A stretch of 54,538 nucleotides of DNA, filler included, from Sphacelaria rigidula (GCA_964200075.2; 3 parts of 3 records of this genome joined end to end with filler, not necessarily neighbours in it), one strand, 5' to 3'; positions 24,601 through 36,510 are shown, counted from the whole stretch's first letter. Numbers and translations: made by a program. Notes: generated by a model from the sequence alone, not told the origin.

Positions 24601-27600
24601 AAGACTGTCGTGCTCATCATCACTCAATTGTCGGCTCTCACCTCTCATCCTCGAGCGACGAAAGTGGCGGAAATCCTGACGAATATTATACAGGGCCATC
24701 ACTGTGAACACCGCAGCCGCGATCCATCGCGGGCTAGTCATGAGAAACAGCGGACGACAAACGTATGAACATGCGAAGCAGATAACGACGGGGTCAGCTT
24801 GTGCGGCTGGATGTTTCAAGACTTTGAAGTACAGCACGACTTTTTCGGTTATCCTTCCTTGCAGTTGTGGTAGTTCGAACTTTCCAAATCGTGGCATGAA
24901 TCTGGGTAATACATATATTTATATATGGGCACCAAATTGCAACAGCCAGATCAGTTCTTTTCATTATGCGGGGATCACGTGGCCAAATCAGTTTTCTGCG
25001 ATGTTTTATTGGGGTAATAGACATAATCGGGTATACCCACCCCCTTTTCCCGCTATGAAAGTGGGTATAGATAATGCGAAAGTTGGAGCTGCCCATGTTA
25101 AGCCCGAACCGCTCAAAAATATCCCCCGACGCAAAGGCAACACGGCCACAGCCCATGCAGAGCATGTACACCAATGTTCGCGGGGGGAAAGCGCGATTTA
25201 GGATCAAGGGGCACCGCGGGGGAGATGAGCCTCGCAGAATACCCACCTTTGTCCGACGATCAGGTGGGTATACTCATTAACCACTAGTATGCTCATCGTG
25301 TACCCATTCGTGTCCATTCTTGAACCCACTTTTGTCCCAGTTGTACCCACGTGTCACCACTATCGGACTTCGGAAGTCACCCTCCAAGTCATCGCACGGC
25401 GGAAAATCGAATGGCCGAAGAACGTCTTCAGTGCTTCTTCTCACCTCCCTCTGCGGCCTGAAGACTGGAGACCCCTGCGGGGAGATTGACATACCGCACG
25501 CCCGTCGCGGGCGCGCACGCAAACGGCGCCACAACTCCACCCGGCGGAACAAAACGCAACCGGCACAACAAGTTCATACGACGGAACCCAGGGTCGCGAC
25601 CCAGAAGAAAAAGCGAGCGGCAAGGGTTGAGTGCTCAAGTCGGTGCGTCGTCGCTGCTGCGTTGGACAGAGAATTTGGCCTGACGTCCCTGGGTTGTGAT
25701 TCATAACTAAGACTCGAGGATATCCCACTATTGGTAGCGTCTTGAGGTGGGTTCTGTAGCCGTTTGTGCGGAAGCTCTCGAAAGGCATACGCACATTTAT
25801 GGGCATACGCACATTTATGGGATAGATATAGTGGAGGCACACAAGAGTATCAGCAGGGTATCATATGTAGAGCGATTTGTGGGCCATGGGGCGACGGGAA
25901 AATGCCCAACAAGCTGTCGCTTCCTCGGAGCCTTGGCTGCGTGCTACGCGTTTGGATTCGTTATCACATGAGCTTTACCGAGAGCGACCCCATGCTTGAT
26001 GGTCGTACGGCTTTTTGATCACCTGACGCCATTTTTGAGCCGCCGACCACTAAGCATGAGGCTCGCACTCGGTAAAACCCATGTCACAACGAATCCAAAC
26101 GCGCAGCGCGACCAAAGCTACGAAGGAGAAGCTTGCATGTGAAGATGCGCCGAAATTTTGAAACGCGTGGCACACAACCAAATATCCGAAAAAGCTACAG
26201 CTTGTCGGACATTTTCCCGTCGCCCCATGGCCCACAATTCACTCTACATGTCCCGCTAGTATTCTGTGTACCTCGACTGTATCCACCCCATAAATGTGCG
26301 TGTGCCTTCTTCGGAGATTTTTCGCACACTTGGCTACAGAACCTACCACAAGACGCTACTACTAATAGGACATCCTCGAGTCTCAGTTATAAACCACAAC
26401 ACGGCGTCAAACCAAACTCTCTGTCCGAAGCAGTAGCGACGACGCACCGATTCGAGCATTCAACCCTCATCCCTCACTATCCTTCCGGAGTTCCGTCGGA
26501 TGAATTTGTTGCGCCGTTTGCGCTTGTTCCGCTGCGTCAATTCACGGTGCCGTTCGCGCGCGAGCCCGCAACGGGCGTACCGTGTGTCTATCGCCCCACA
26601 GGGGTCTCAAGTCTCCAGGCCGCAGAAAGTTATAAAAAGAAGCACTCGAGACATTCTTCGGCCTTTCGAGTTTCCGCCGTGACATGAATTGGAGGGTAAC
26701 TTACGAAGGCCGATAGTGGTCACACGTGGGTACACCTGGGACACAAGTGAGTTCAAGAATTCACACAAACGGGTACACGATAAGCATACTAGAGACTGGT
26801 GGGTATAGCCACCTGATCGTCGGGAAAAAGTGAGTATTCCCCAAGGCTATTGTGCCCCACGCTGTTGTTTGACCCAAAATCGAGCTTTCCCCCCCGCAAC
26901 GGCTGATGTACATGCTCTGCATGGGCTGTAACACGGTATCTTACAAATTGGGAATTGATTTTGTATTGGGGATGACAAATCGGGAGAATTAAAATCTTCG
27001 CATCAACACCAAATCTTCGTAATATGGTTCCATTTCTTCACCTACTGATAGCTATTGACAACTGCTACACACCGTAGAGATCTGGATTTCGATCACCGAA
27101 ATGTTGAGGTCCTAGGTGAAAAAAACAATTTCGGAACCATTTTGGCGTCCGTTCGGACACCCGGAATTCCCCAAAATTGATTTTTCACCTAGGACCCCAC
27201 CATTTCGATGATCGAAATACAAAATTCTACGGCGTGTAGCAGTTGTCAATAGCTATCAGTAGGTGAAGAAATATAACCATATTTCAAAGATTTGGTGTTG
27301 ATACGAAGATTTTAATTCTCCGCGTTTCTCATCCCCAATAATATATTCATCCCCAATTTGTAAGACCCCGTGTTCTGTGGGCGTATTGCCTTAGCGTCGG
27401 GGTGAAGTTTAAGTTTTTGCTTAGCACGGGCAGCTTGAGCTTCCGCAATTTACATGTACCGACTTTCATAGCGGGAAAAGGGATGAGTATACCCAATTAT
27501 GTCCATTGCTCCTTGCATTTTGTTTGACAAGTCGAGCTCGACAGTTTTGCAAGTTTGCAAGGATTTTCGGCTCAACGAGTCTGGGAGTTTGTATTTGGTG

Positions 27601-30600
27601 TCATAGGCTGTAACCTCCTGCGAGGTGAACACGACGACGAAGCTGTTTCACTGGTAATGAGCTCATTCTGCAAAAACGTGTCTTTTATCTCGAACAGCTT
27701 CGTGATTCGTGATTGTCGAAATATGGAGGACGTGCTTCATGAGCGGTCGACTTGAGGTGGTGACACAAAGCCAGAGTAGGTCGCCCTTGGAACACTTGTT
27801 TGCGATACTCATAATGCCGACATCGTCGAGGTCTACACGCTGCGTGAATAGATTTTTCACGCGACCAGAGCTATCCAGTGAACGTTGTCTTCTCCACCGG
27901 TATACCGTAGTCAACCATCTACAAGGCAATACGTTGGGCGTCACAACAACATTTTATACGCATGAACAGTCAGTCGGAACCCTTCACAGTGAATAATCAT
28001 TTCTCTGTCTGAATTTCTTCGTATGTACATACATACGTATAAATAGACGCCACATCAGCAGATTTGGCCTACTTGTTTGTTTGTTGAGCCTTGTATCAAT
28101 TGGCGTTTCTGATCGGCGCCCACAAGATTCCGCCTCACCTATCGCTTCCGCTGTCGAAGCTAGACTGAAGAACGTAAGACGCGATATGCTCCTCCACCTC
28201 CACATTTCCACCTTTCGTGACACGGTGTAATATAGAAACAGACACATGCACACCGCAGATGGTAGGAAGCACATATCCAAGGACAGAACACCTCAATTGA
28301 TAGCGAGCCAGTGCGGAGATTGTTGCACAACATACGTGGCTTCAAGGTTCCACCGACCGGTTGCTGCAGACCACACACTGAGCGTGCACATCATGAGGAC
28401 GCCGCCGCCCTGTAATACTCATATCTCCGACGTACACGAAATATTGCGTTAACACAAGTTGTCAGACAGCTGCATTAACACAGTAAGAAATGTCCTACCC
28501 CTCAGGAAGGAGGGTTCTTGAAAACTGCATCTGGAACCCGGCAACGATGTCGACACCATCCAAAGGGATGGAATGTAGCCTTAGATAGAACAGACACGAA
28601 AACGCAACAAGCGCTGCCTTTATGTAAGCCGGAGAATGCCATCGAGGTGGAGCTCTAGAGATATTGATACATCGAAATAATGTTCACTGCAGCACTCGAC
28701 ACACGCGAGAACAAGCGCGCACCATCCGTGAATTCAAAATCGATGAGGATGTTTCCAAACGCCGTCTTCTGGTGGCCGTTGAAAGTAACCAGATGAACTG
28801 AAATAGAGCTCGTGTCATTTCCCAAAATTCCCAGGTCCTCCAACAGCAGTAACGAGCAGTATCCGAAGTTCGACTGTTTTGCCAACGAAAGGGGGAAGCA
28901 AGTCAAGAAACAGGGACGGGCGGGCTGGATTGCAAAGAATCAAGTCATGTGCGGGCAACGATACAAGCAAGAACGCGGTAGAGATATGCCGTCCGAATGT
29001 CATGAATGGCTGACACTCAGCAGTGGCATTGGCACTGATTGCCCCGTCACACGCAAGGACATGCCGAAGCACCATGAGCGTGCTCCCACAATGTGATCAA
29101 GGAACATGGAGCTGCGCATATCAGCTGCCGTGCTTCGCCTGCACTATCCCGGTATCTGACGTACGTAAAATGCGTGTTTCATTTTCTCATAACAAGGGGA
29201 CGAAGACCCACCCCCGAGTTGAAACCTCCGGTGTCGAAGAAAATCGCGTAGCCCCCCGCATCTGATTCCCCGGTGAGATAGCATCCCGGATCCCACAACC
29301 AAATCCATATGCACATCGAACAAACGCCCAGACGAGCACGAGTTAGAGGGAAAACGGAAAATTTAGTGGCACACACTACACGCTTATACTACTCAAGTAC
29401 ACAATCGAACACGTTTTACTTTGTAGATGGCAAAGAGATTCCAATGGAACGGGCAAGAACAGGCCTGAGGTGTACACAGGCGGGGAGCTCGGTGCCTCGT
29501 AGCGAAAAAGCACAACTGCAGACCCCAATGGAGCAATGTAGTACGCAAGCACTTTCACCAAGACTGAAAAACGTCACACACGCGTATTTGCATGGAGAGG
29601 AAAAACGGGTATGACACATTAAACTTCGAGTGAAGAGAAAATCTTCACCTTCATGATAATAGATAGAATCAGATGCTCGAAACTCTCTCCAATCTTCGCT
29701 GTCAGGGACGATTGTCGCAGTCTCCTCCTCCGACAAGAGGCACGCGTCGAAGTACCCTCTCGAAGACTTGCAAGCGGGATCTCGCTTAAGACGCGTAAAC
29801 GTCAACTGCTCCGGTTCAAAAAATAGTTCAGTGTAACGGGAAAAACACAATGAGGCGTGGGCGGGCAGCCCAGCGCACTTCGTCGATTAGAACGTGGAGA
29901 GACACGGGTAAAATCTTCGTTCAGTTCAACGCCACACCATAGCAAGGGAAGCAAGCAGTTGGAGCTGCAGATGAAATCTAGCGACCCCGCAATTGACAGC
30001 GCTTGCTCTGTACCGCTCCACACCGTGAAGGCAGGGGCGTACACCGCATAAGACTGCCGGAGCGAGGTAAACATCTTGTGGTTGACGAGGGGCGACCAAT
30101 TTCTGGGTGAATTGTTGATCGCTCAAGTAAACTACATCATACTAGCATACATAACATGTCACGAAGCTAGAGTACTGATACGTTGCCCTTACCAGCATTC
30201 CGCCGACGATCCTGTTCCTATTAGCAATGTATCCGCGTCCGTTGTAGGCCACCTACAAAGACATGGAAGGAAATTCGGATCGGGGTGGTAAGAACCTCAA
30301 GGGTTGTGTGTTCATCCGCCGCCAATATGCAGAATTGCACTGAGTTCGCATCGAAAGTCTAAGTCGATCAACGCCCGAGGGGCATGAGTTAGTAACCGTG
30401 CAGCCAAAACGATGACTCAAAGATACAAGGCTTGCGTTACAAAAGGTCCGACGCCATGGTGTGTGTAGAATATGCCACGTGACTTCACACTGCAAGCATT
30501 TTCAAGTTCACGACGCAGCAGAGCTCTCGCGATGTCAAAATATCACCCGTTGCTTCCTTGAGGATTTAGAGTGATTGCTCGCAGGACCTTGCAGATGGGA

Positions 30601-33600
30601 GCGATGGTGTCATTCCGTCGATAACGTCAGCGCCATATTCTCCGCCTCAGCAAAGCAAAATGTTCTAGTGCAAGATCGCTGAAGTGGAGTCAGGCAACGA
30701 AATGACCTGAATGTTCGTCTGCGATGGTTTAAGAAAGTGTTGCACCGTAGAGTTGTTGTCCAGGGTGAATGTTTTGTGGCCACGCCGCAGTTCTAGCGCT
30801 AGCCGCACCTCAATCATCGACGTGAGGCGTGCCATGTTTTCCGTCACTCCATGGTTGTAGAAGAACGAAGGGGCAGTGCACTCGTCCACCTAGGACATAA
30901 CGGATGTGTTCGAAACAGAATGAGCGAAAACGGGGGAATATGTTGCTCTCCTCATCCACCACCAGGGCTACACGTCTGTCAGTCTCAGCCTCAGGTTATT
31001 CGTTTGCAGTTGGCGGGTACTCGTGATGGCGGCCACTTTCTATATTGGCGATCATATATGCGGGGCCATGCTCGTAGTCAGTCACACCATAGCAAGAAAC
31101 GATCAATCTGGAGATCTCTCGGGCATGAATGACACGTCGCTATAGCAAAATGGTGAGGTCTATGAGGGTAGAGACGAATAATCCGCGCCTGATGCTAGTA
31201 ACGGCTTGAAATTTACACACGAAGTGCAGACTGCAACTTTGGCAAGGGATGGGAAAATGTTATTGAACGATCAAGATGCTGCCGAGTGCGGTGCAGAAAG
31301 GAAAACAACTCTACCGCACCAGGTGCACGTTGGAGTCTTGAGGCTTTCGCAGAACAATCACAATTCCTTTGCCACGCTACTTAATCTCAGAGCGACGCTC
31401 ACGCTTCGAACGGTGATATACCCAGTGGATGCCGAAACGCCCCCCTCCGGAGTCAAGTCCAACTCCGCAAGAGCTGTGGTATTTAGAGACTCCGACAGAT
31501 ATGCGGAAGTGAGTAACTGGTAGTTTGGGGAGGCCGAAGACATTGGTTCCCAAGACAATGATAATGAGTCCGATTCTTCCATGAGTGCAGTGAAGTCGAA
31601 GCCCTTCAACGAACCGCCACCCAGTGTGATGTTGCACGCCTCCACCATGATTGGACCACACCACCATGAGGCCTGGGATACGTGGTGAGACGACGAAAGA
31701 CGCACAAAAGGGAACAACACCTCACGAAACATTTAGGGTTTGAATGAAATGGAGTTCAGGGTCTGAATGCTCAAACGGTGATACTAGCATACGAAATTGC
31801 GGACACTGCCGTTCCGTAGTGCTTACAATACACGCCAGACCATGCTGTCCAGTGCGAGAAAATCAGTCACTCCCACCTGCTTTGGGCCTGAGTTGATGTT
31901 AACAAACGAACAAGATAGTCTACCCGACTCATACTCTCACCAAGCAATTACTGCAGTCGTTCGAAAGCGCCGAAGTGTTGAGGGTGAAATTTTCAACGCC
32001 ATCTTCAGATTGGTCATCCTTTCCCCAGAAGTCGCAGAGTTCGCAAACCTCATCCGGTGGTCTTATCGCGCACGGCGTGCAGACGCTTTCGAGTTGCGTC
32101 CCAGAGTAGGTATTGAGGAAGAAAGACTGTCGAGGGGATCAACATGAACACAAAGTATGTTTGCGCGGCTGTAACGGACATGCACCAGCAGGGACAGAAG
32201 CCCAACAGTATAACTTCGGTGAAACAGGCAAGCTAGCCTCAGAGCAAGATGGTGTAAAACTAGCACAACGCATACCAGGTGCCAAGCGTGCGTCACGAGA
32301 GCGCTACGGCTGCTATACACCCGAGTTTGTGCGTTTGCGACCTATCCCCAACGTTTCAAGATTCTAGTCAAGCGCAAGCTAAAACACCCATATGCGACGC
32401 GACCTCGAGCGGGGGCAATGGCACAACAATGCGACGCCTCCATCACTCCGCAATGGTGGTATCAAAAAGTGCCGGATAATTCAGCGATATGTCACCTTAT
32501 CCGCAAACGCATGCACAATACCTGAAACCACTCATGAAAATCTGCGAGGGAGGACACGTCTTCGTAGCCTCGGTCCTTCCCCGCGCCGAACTTCACCTGA
32601 CAAAGTATCAATACGCCGCAGTCGAGAACGGATGAGTGTGGAGCAGGTTAGAGATGAAGGTACGCGTGCCCGGATTGTTGCGTTCGGTATTTGAAGCAAC
32701 CGCATGACCACAGGCCGTCGCTGCCATAGCCTAACGGTTTCGCACAAGATTGCGGCCATACGCGAGTCTTTCTACGATGCCCCCCCCCACCAAAAAAACA
32801 GCTCAAAACTGTCACGGAGAGAATGGCCAATTCAGTGCCTGATGTTTGGTTTCAGGCTGCATGAAGCGCCTCATATGGGCGACATTGGCGGAAACGAACC
32901 AAAGCCTGGGATTTCCCACCTGCTCGTTGTGCTCGACTTTTTCCATTCCGATTCGCGTTTAGATTTGTCTCCCCGAACCAGCCACTTTTTTTTTTTTTTT
33001 TTGGGGGGGGGGGTTATCGTAGATCGTGTCAAGCTTACAAGACATGAGGGGCAGTCCTTGATAGAATCCACATAACTTCTCGGTCCGATTTAGAGATGAA
33101 CTCTTTCGCAACAACGAACGTATCAAACTCTCCGAGGAAGTTCCTGAGTGAGACGAAAAAAACGGCAAGTTGGGGCAATGCTCCGAGGATTTGACCTGTC
33201 GGGTGTTCAGGAGCACGGTCACCCACCGTAGTACGGCTACGTAGAAGCGGCTCCAATTAACACTGTGGGCGCAAACGTAAGTTGTCGAGATCAGAATGAT
33301 CCACCGCGACGTTCTCATGTAGCACCACCGTTTGGAATTCTTCGGATACAACCTAATGAAGACGGCGTTTTCTGTGCTTGTTGAAGCTGTCTTGGGGCAT
33401 GCTGCCCTGCACTGTTGATTGAGCTAGGTGCAGAACCGTGCACAACCTCCGACATGCAAAAAACAAAAGCAGAACTGTCAAGGACAAGAAACAAAAGCAG
33501 AACTACCAAGGACGGACTTTTATGCCATCCGATCCGGTTCGACGGATATAATCACAGCCTGATTGGAGACCCACATGCAATAGCAACCACTATTATACTT

Positions 33601-33843
33601 CTCGTGAAACCGCTTCATACCCACCGAGTCCACGTGACTCCGTAGTCCTTGCTCCACTGCCCGCTCGAAAGGGATATCGAAGCCGGTGAAGACCAATGCA
33701 AAGTATAGAGCATAGAATATCAAGAACATGCCTAGTCGCCTGAATCCCTCGGAATTGCGATGTAACGCCTTGATGGCGTACTCCGCCTCTCTCGCTGGCA
33801 GCATGCGTAGACGCTGGCGTAGGCGGTAGCCGCGGTACGCCGC
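18683..33843 (-). CDS. Polycystin-2/TRPP (PKD2-like) cation channel, multi-exon; 5' end and final exons uncertain
   Basis: Hand-spliced exons with AG/GT ends: 33843-33625 (AAYRGYRLRQRL...FRRLGMFLIFYALYFALVFTGF; IQ + S1), 29805-29649 (LTFTRLKRDPACKSSRGYFDAC; TOP), 29515-~29420 (VVLFRYEAPSSPPVYTSGLFLPV), 28873-28671 (GILGNDTSSISVHLVTFNGHQKTAFGNILIDFEFTDG), 24733-24642 (S2), 22938-22868 (S3), 22703-22614, 22102-21995 (S4), 21612-21520 (KLTFHKRMSIVSDTLSRAGTNLQHFLFVFVL), 21047-20814 (S5-pore-S6, SMLRISLGE...VVLLSMVVAIILE), 20449-20370 (AYRGV), 19658-~19457, probably 18892-18683. Phases are compatible from 28873 to 19658. One or more exons between 33625 and 29805, and the 29420/28873 junction, are unresolved. 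Confidence 0.88.
19990..20330 (+). repeat. Retroposon (LINE/SINE) 3'-end family; related copies at ~13430-13590, ~15560-15725, ~23650-23830 (minus), ~36900-37024, ~39480-39730
   Basis: Pyrimidine-rich tract, then a TGACCAC(A/G)G-CTGGATC-like motif, then an (AATC)n/(ATA)n tail, recurring across the window. Confidence 0.55.
20814..21047 (-). CDS. Pore exon (S5-pore helix-filter-S6) of the PKD2-like channel
   Basis: VLFVFVEVTWLIIGTGLGDFTLFSSAWQSMLRISLGEGENFYPQIKETQPEVGAVLIITYQVLGVVVLLSMVVAIILE matches the PKD2 pattern (G....DF.TF.....T.FRI.LGD...LLNMFLAII); flanked by cttcag| and |gtgaga; 234 nt, phase 0/0. Confidence 0.92.
25012..27511. mobile_element. Large foldback element (~1-kb inverted arms), Sola2-like termini, intronic in the channel gene
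   Basis: Left arm 25012-~26005 is a diverged reverse complement of the right arm ~26044-26929 + 27375-27511. Termini GGGTAATAGACATAATCGGG / GAGCAATGGACATAATTGGG; flanks ATTG/CTTG. Confidence 0.8.
26930..27374. mobile_element. Palindromic MITE (445 bp) nested in the foldback element
   Basis: AACACGGTATCTTACAAATTGGG...CCCAATTTGTAAGACCCCGTGTT; arms of about 200 bp; 4-bp duplication CTGT (26926-26929 and 27375-27378); absent from the homologous left arm. Confidence 0.9.
33625..33843 (-). CDS. IQ-motif + S1 exon of the PKD2-like channel
   Basis: Acceptor ttccag|GCG GCG TAC CGC GGC (AAYRGYRLRQRLRMLPAREAEYAIKALHRNSEGFRRLGMFLIFYALYFALVFTGFDIPFERAVEQGLRSHVDS)|gtgggt; 219 nt; hydrophobic S1-like helix. 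Confidence 0.75.
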
Positions 33844-35831
33844 CTGGAATTGAAGTCAACGTAGTGGTACACGCGGGAGGGGTTACCAGGTTCAGCACCG
33901 CAGCCCAAAGGTTTGAGACGAGCGAAATATGAAGGGGACGTTAAATGCCGTGATAAGTGGCTTGTACATCTGTGTGAGTTTTTCTCCCATCAAGCTGCCC
34001 AGTACTTCAGGGATCACGTGGTATGATTCTCAGTCGCTGAGAGATTCGTCCCCGAGAAGGCTGTGAGTGTTGGCTTTTTTTTTAGCATTATATTACCGTG
34101 ATGTGGATGAAGCACTTCCAGTCGGCCATCACCATTGGTGGTGACGGCGTGAACGCTGCAATATCTTCATTATTCCTGGATCTCAGCACAATATTTTAAA
34201 GGTCTACTCGTGTAACACCAAGCGACAGCAGATGTTCTCCATGCGACATCCATGGGTGGTCGTAACGATTAAATCCGAAGGTACTCCTTCTGTGCTATGC
34301 GCGCAGTCAATCCGCGTCGGGAAGTGTCACCTGCATAACCTGTGCTCAATCTAGGACGTTAGTCCGACGGTATCCAGCATACCCAGCCTGATCCAGGCGT
34401 AATTCAACAATTGTAAGACTCGACAAGGACACACAATGTGAGCCAGGTCCTCAGTACAACCGGATATAAGGCACTTGCAGGTTGACTTGCAGGTGTGATT
34501 CTGTCCATTCCCAAACGGTAGCTGATTGCTACTTTAATTTCCGAACGTTGTGCTCGAGATCCATGGGAAGCTTTTGGCTAGACGAATAGCGCACATCGGT
34601 TTGATTTTTGTATCAACTACGGAGTAAAAGATGCACCATTATTTTGTGGCAAGTGTGAGGCACAGTCACCAAAAGCGTTGGCCCGTTTGGTATGCATTGG
34701 TAACATGGTGGTCCGCGAGTCAGACATATCGAGCTGGCGTGGATGTGGCGAATAGAAAAAAAGGATAGATTCGCTTAATTACGGATGCCTGGAGACTTCA
34801 TCACCCTCACGGAAAGGGGGCCAATCCACCTGTAGGCACAGAGAGGGAACCGTCAAAGCAAATTAGGAGGTAACTTGATCCGAATTTTCAGCATTTTGTA
34901 CGGCGAGGGCGGGGAGACGGGGGAAAACAAGAACCTACTTGGTGCATGGTGTCAGAATGACTCGCGTCCAGCGTACCGCCAGATATTCACTTGATTTACT
35001 GCAACATAATTCAACTGCTCGATTCTAGGTTGAGGTCGAGACACCTATTTTTAGTAGAGTCACTGAGGGAAGACAATAAATACCGAGAGATACGCAAACA
35101 AGATAAGCGTGGGCTGCAGACCTTCTGTCCGGTAGATGTACTTGTATGCCAGTAAAGCAGTCGCCACGGTTGCACTAGGACGTCGGAAGCCGACCAGTAG
35201 ACAAAGGAGCACCGGCCAGGAAACAGAAGAACCGCTGAGGACCAACGCCCAGATGGGTAGGGTGACTTGTGTACAGAGTCGAGCTGGGGGACATTGAGGA
35301 TAACCCCACCTAGTTAAGACATTGAGGATAACCCTACCTAGTTAAGGACGAGGGACACTTTCGAGTCCGAGACTACCTGGGTGGGAGGGCACCCCCACCT
35401 TCGTGCCTATCCGTACACTGCACTACCCTGATGGCAATTCAGCTTTAGGGCTGGATTCGAAACGATGGCGAGGTGGGGCGCACCCGAAAGCGCGGTGCGA
35501 AACCAGAAATGGCGAAGTGCACGGGAAAGGTTCCCACCTGTCTCCTGTGGACGAAAAAACAGAAGAAAAGAAGAACCGCGAGACGGCAGAGCGCCATACA
35601 TGTTGCGTAATCTCGAATGCTACGCGATACCCTCACGTCGATGGCGAGGGTGGAGACGAGAGGGGCCAGAGAGTGTGGGAATGGACGAAAGAACGAGGTC
35701 TCCTTTCCATGCGGCATCATGTCTTCTCTATGCTCGACATGGCGCTTAACCCTAGAATGAGCGACAGCCCACACGACAGGATAATATCTGGGAAACCACT
35801 GAAGGTCCCCATCACCTCATGGATAGCCTGC

Positions 35832-36330
35832 GGGGTTTGAATCCCACATCAACGACGCCACATGCACTGTTGGGGAGGAAATCCCAGTACCAGAGCACGC
35901 GGGGTGTATACATAACATGCAAAGAACACCGGCGAGGGGTCCCTGACCAGAGTCGGCATCGAAGGCGGTTGGTGACATGGAGGTCACTCAAGAAGTCAGT
36001 CACCAGAGTCAGATCGGCAAGAACGTGCGAGAGCACCAGTACCGACATGATAATATTTGACGGGAATGATCTTTTGAACTCGAAAAGGAAGACGCGTGTA
36101 TCGGGTATCGCTAAAAGTTGTGAAATTCGCCAGGGTTGCCCCCCTGTGGTCGATAAGGCGGTGAAGTTGCTGAAAGACACGCCGCAGCTAGCTCGGGAAC
36201 AAGCCAAAGAGGGGGGGCTGGGCCGCATGCGCACGGAGCTGCTGCATTGTGGAGGCTCTTGCGCAGGAGGGGTGGTGGGGTGTACTCATGATCATGCACG
36301 CCATAGTCATATGACCATTGACCTCGCATC
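35832..36330 (-). mobile_element. LTR (~470 bp, cut by the gap) with adjacent primer-binding site of an LTR retrotransposon
   Basis: The minus strand begins with the family terminus at the gap and ends ...TCCCCAACA at 35868, an inverted match to TGTAGGGA. It is followed after 7 nt by TGGCGTCGTTG (35860-35850), complementary to a tRNA-Ser-type 3' end (...AACGACGCCA). Confidence 0.65.
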
Positions 36331-36430
36331 NNNNNNNNNNNNNNNNNNNNNNNNNNNNNNNNNNNNNNNNNNNNTTAATTAATTAANNNNNNNNNNNNNN
36401 NNNNNNNNNNNNNNNNNNNNNNNNNNNNNN
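36331..36430. other. Artificial assembly gap linker
   Basis: Same N...TTAATTAATTAA...N block as at 18118. Confidence 0.95.
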
Positions 36431-36444
36431 CTGCGTCCCGGCAT

Positions 36445-36510
36445 TGTAGGGATGCGAGGTCAACGGTCTTGTCACTATGGCACGCATGATCATGAGTACA
36501 CCCTCCTCCC
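36445..36510 (+). mobile_element. LTR-like terminus, same family
   Basis: TGTAGGGATGCGAGGTCAACGGTCTTGTCACTATGGCACGCATGATCATGAGTACACCC matches the copies at 1189 and 36330. Confidence 0.6.

Noticed and set aside
25277-26800. Similar ORFs in both foldback arms (PIVVTRGY.WD.S.FKN)
   Set aside because: The similarity follows from DNA-level inversion; stops and frameshifts are present and there is no obvious synonymous bias.
27450-27632. Candidate channel exon EVTAYDTKYKLPD...
   Set aside because: Exons ending at 28671 and starting at 24733 already join in phase, and this ORF runs into the foldback terminus. It is not excluded without transcripts.
31200-32700. Plus-strand ORFs as a nested gene or viral insert in the channel intron
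   Set aside because: Short, interrupted by stops and with no recognisable motif.
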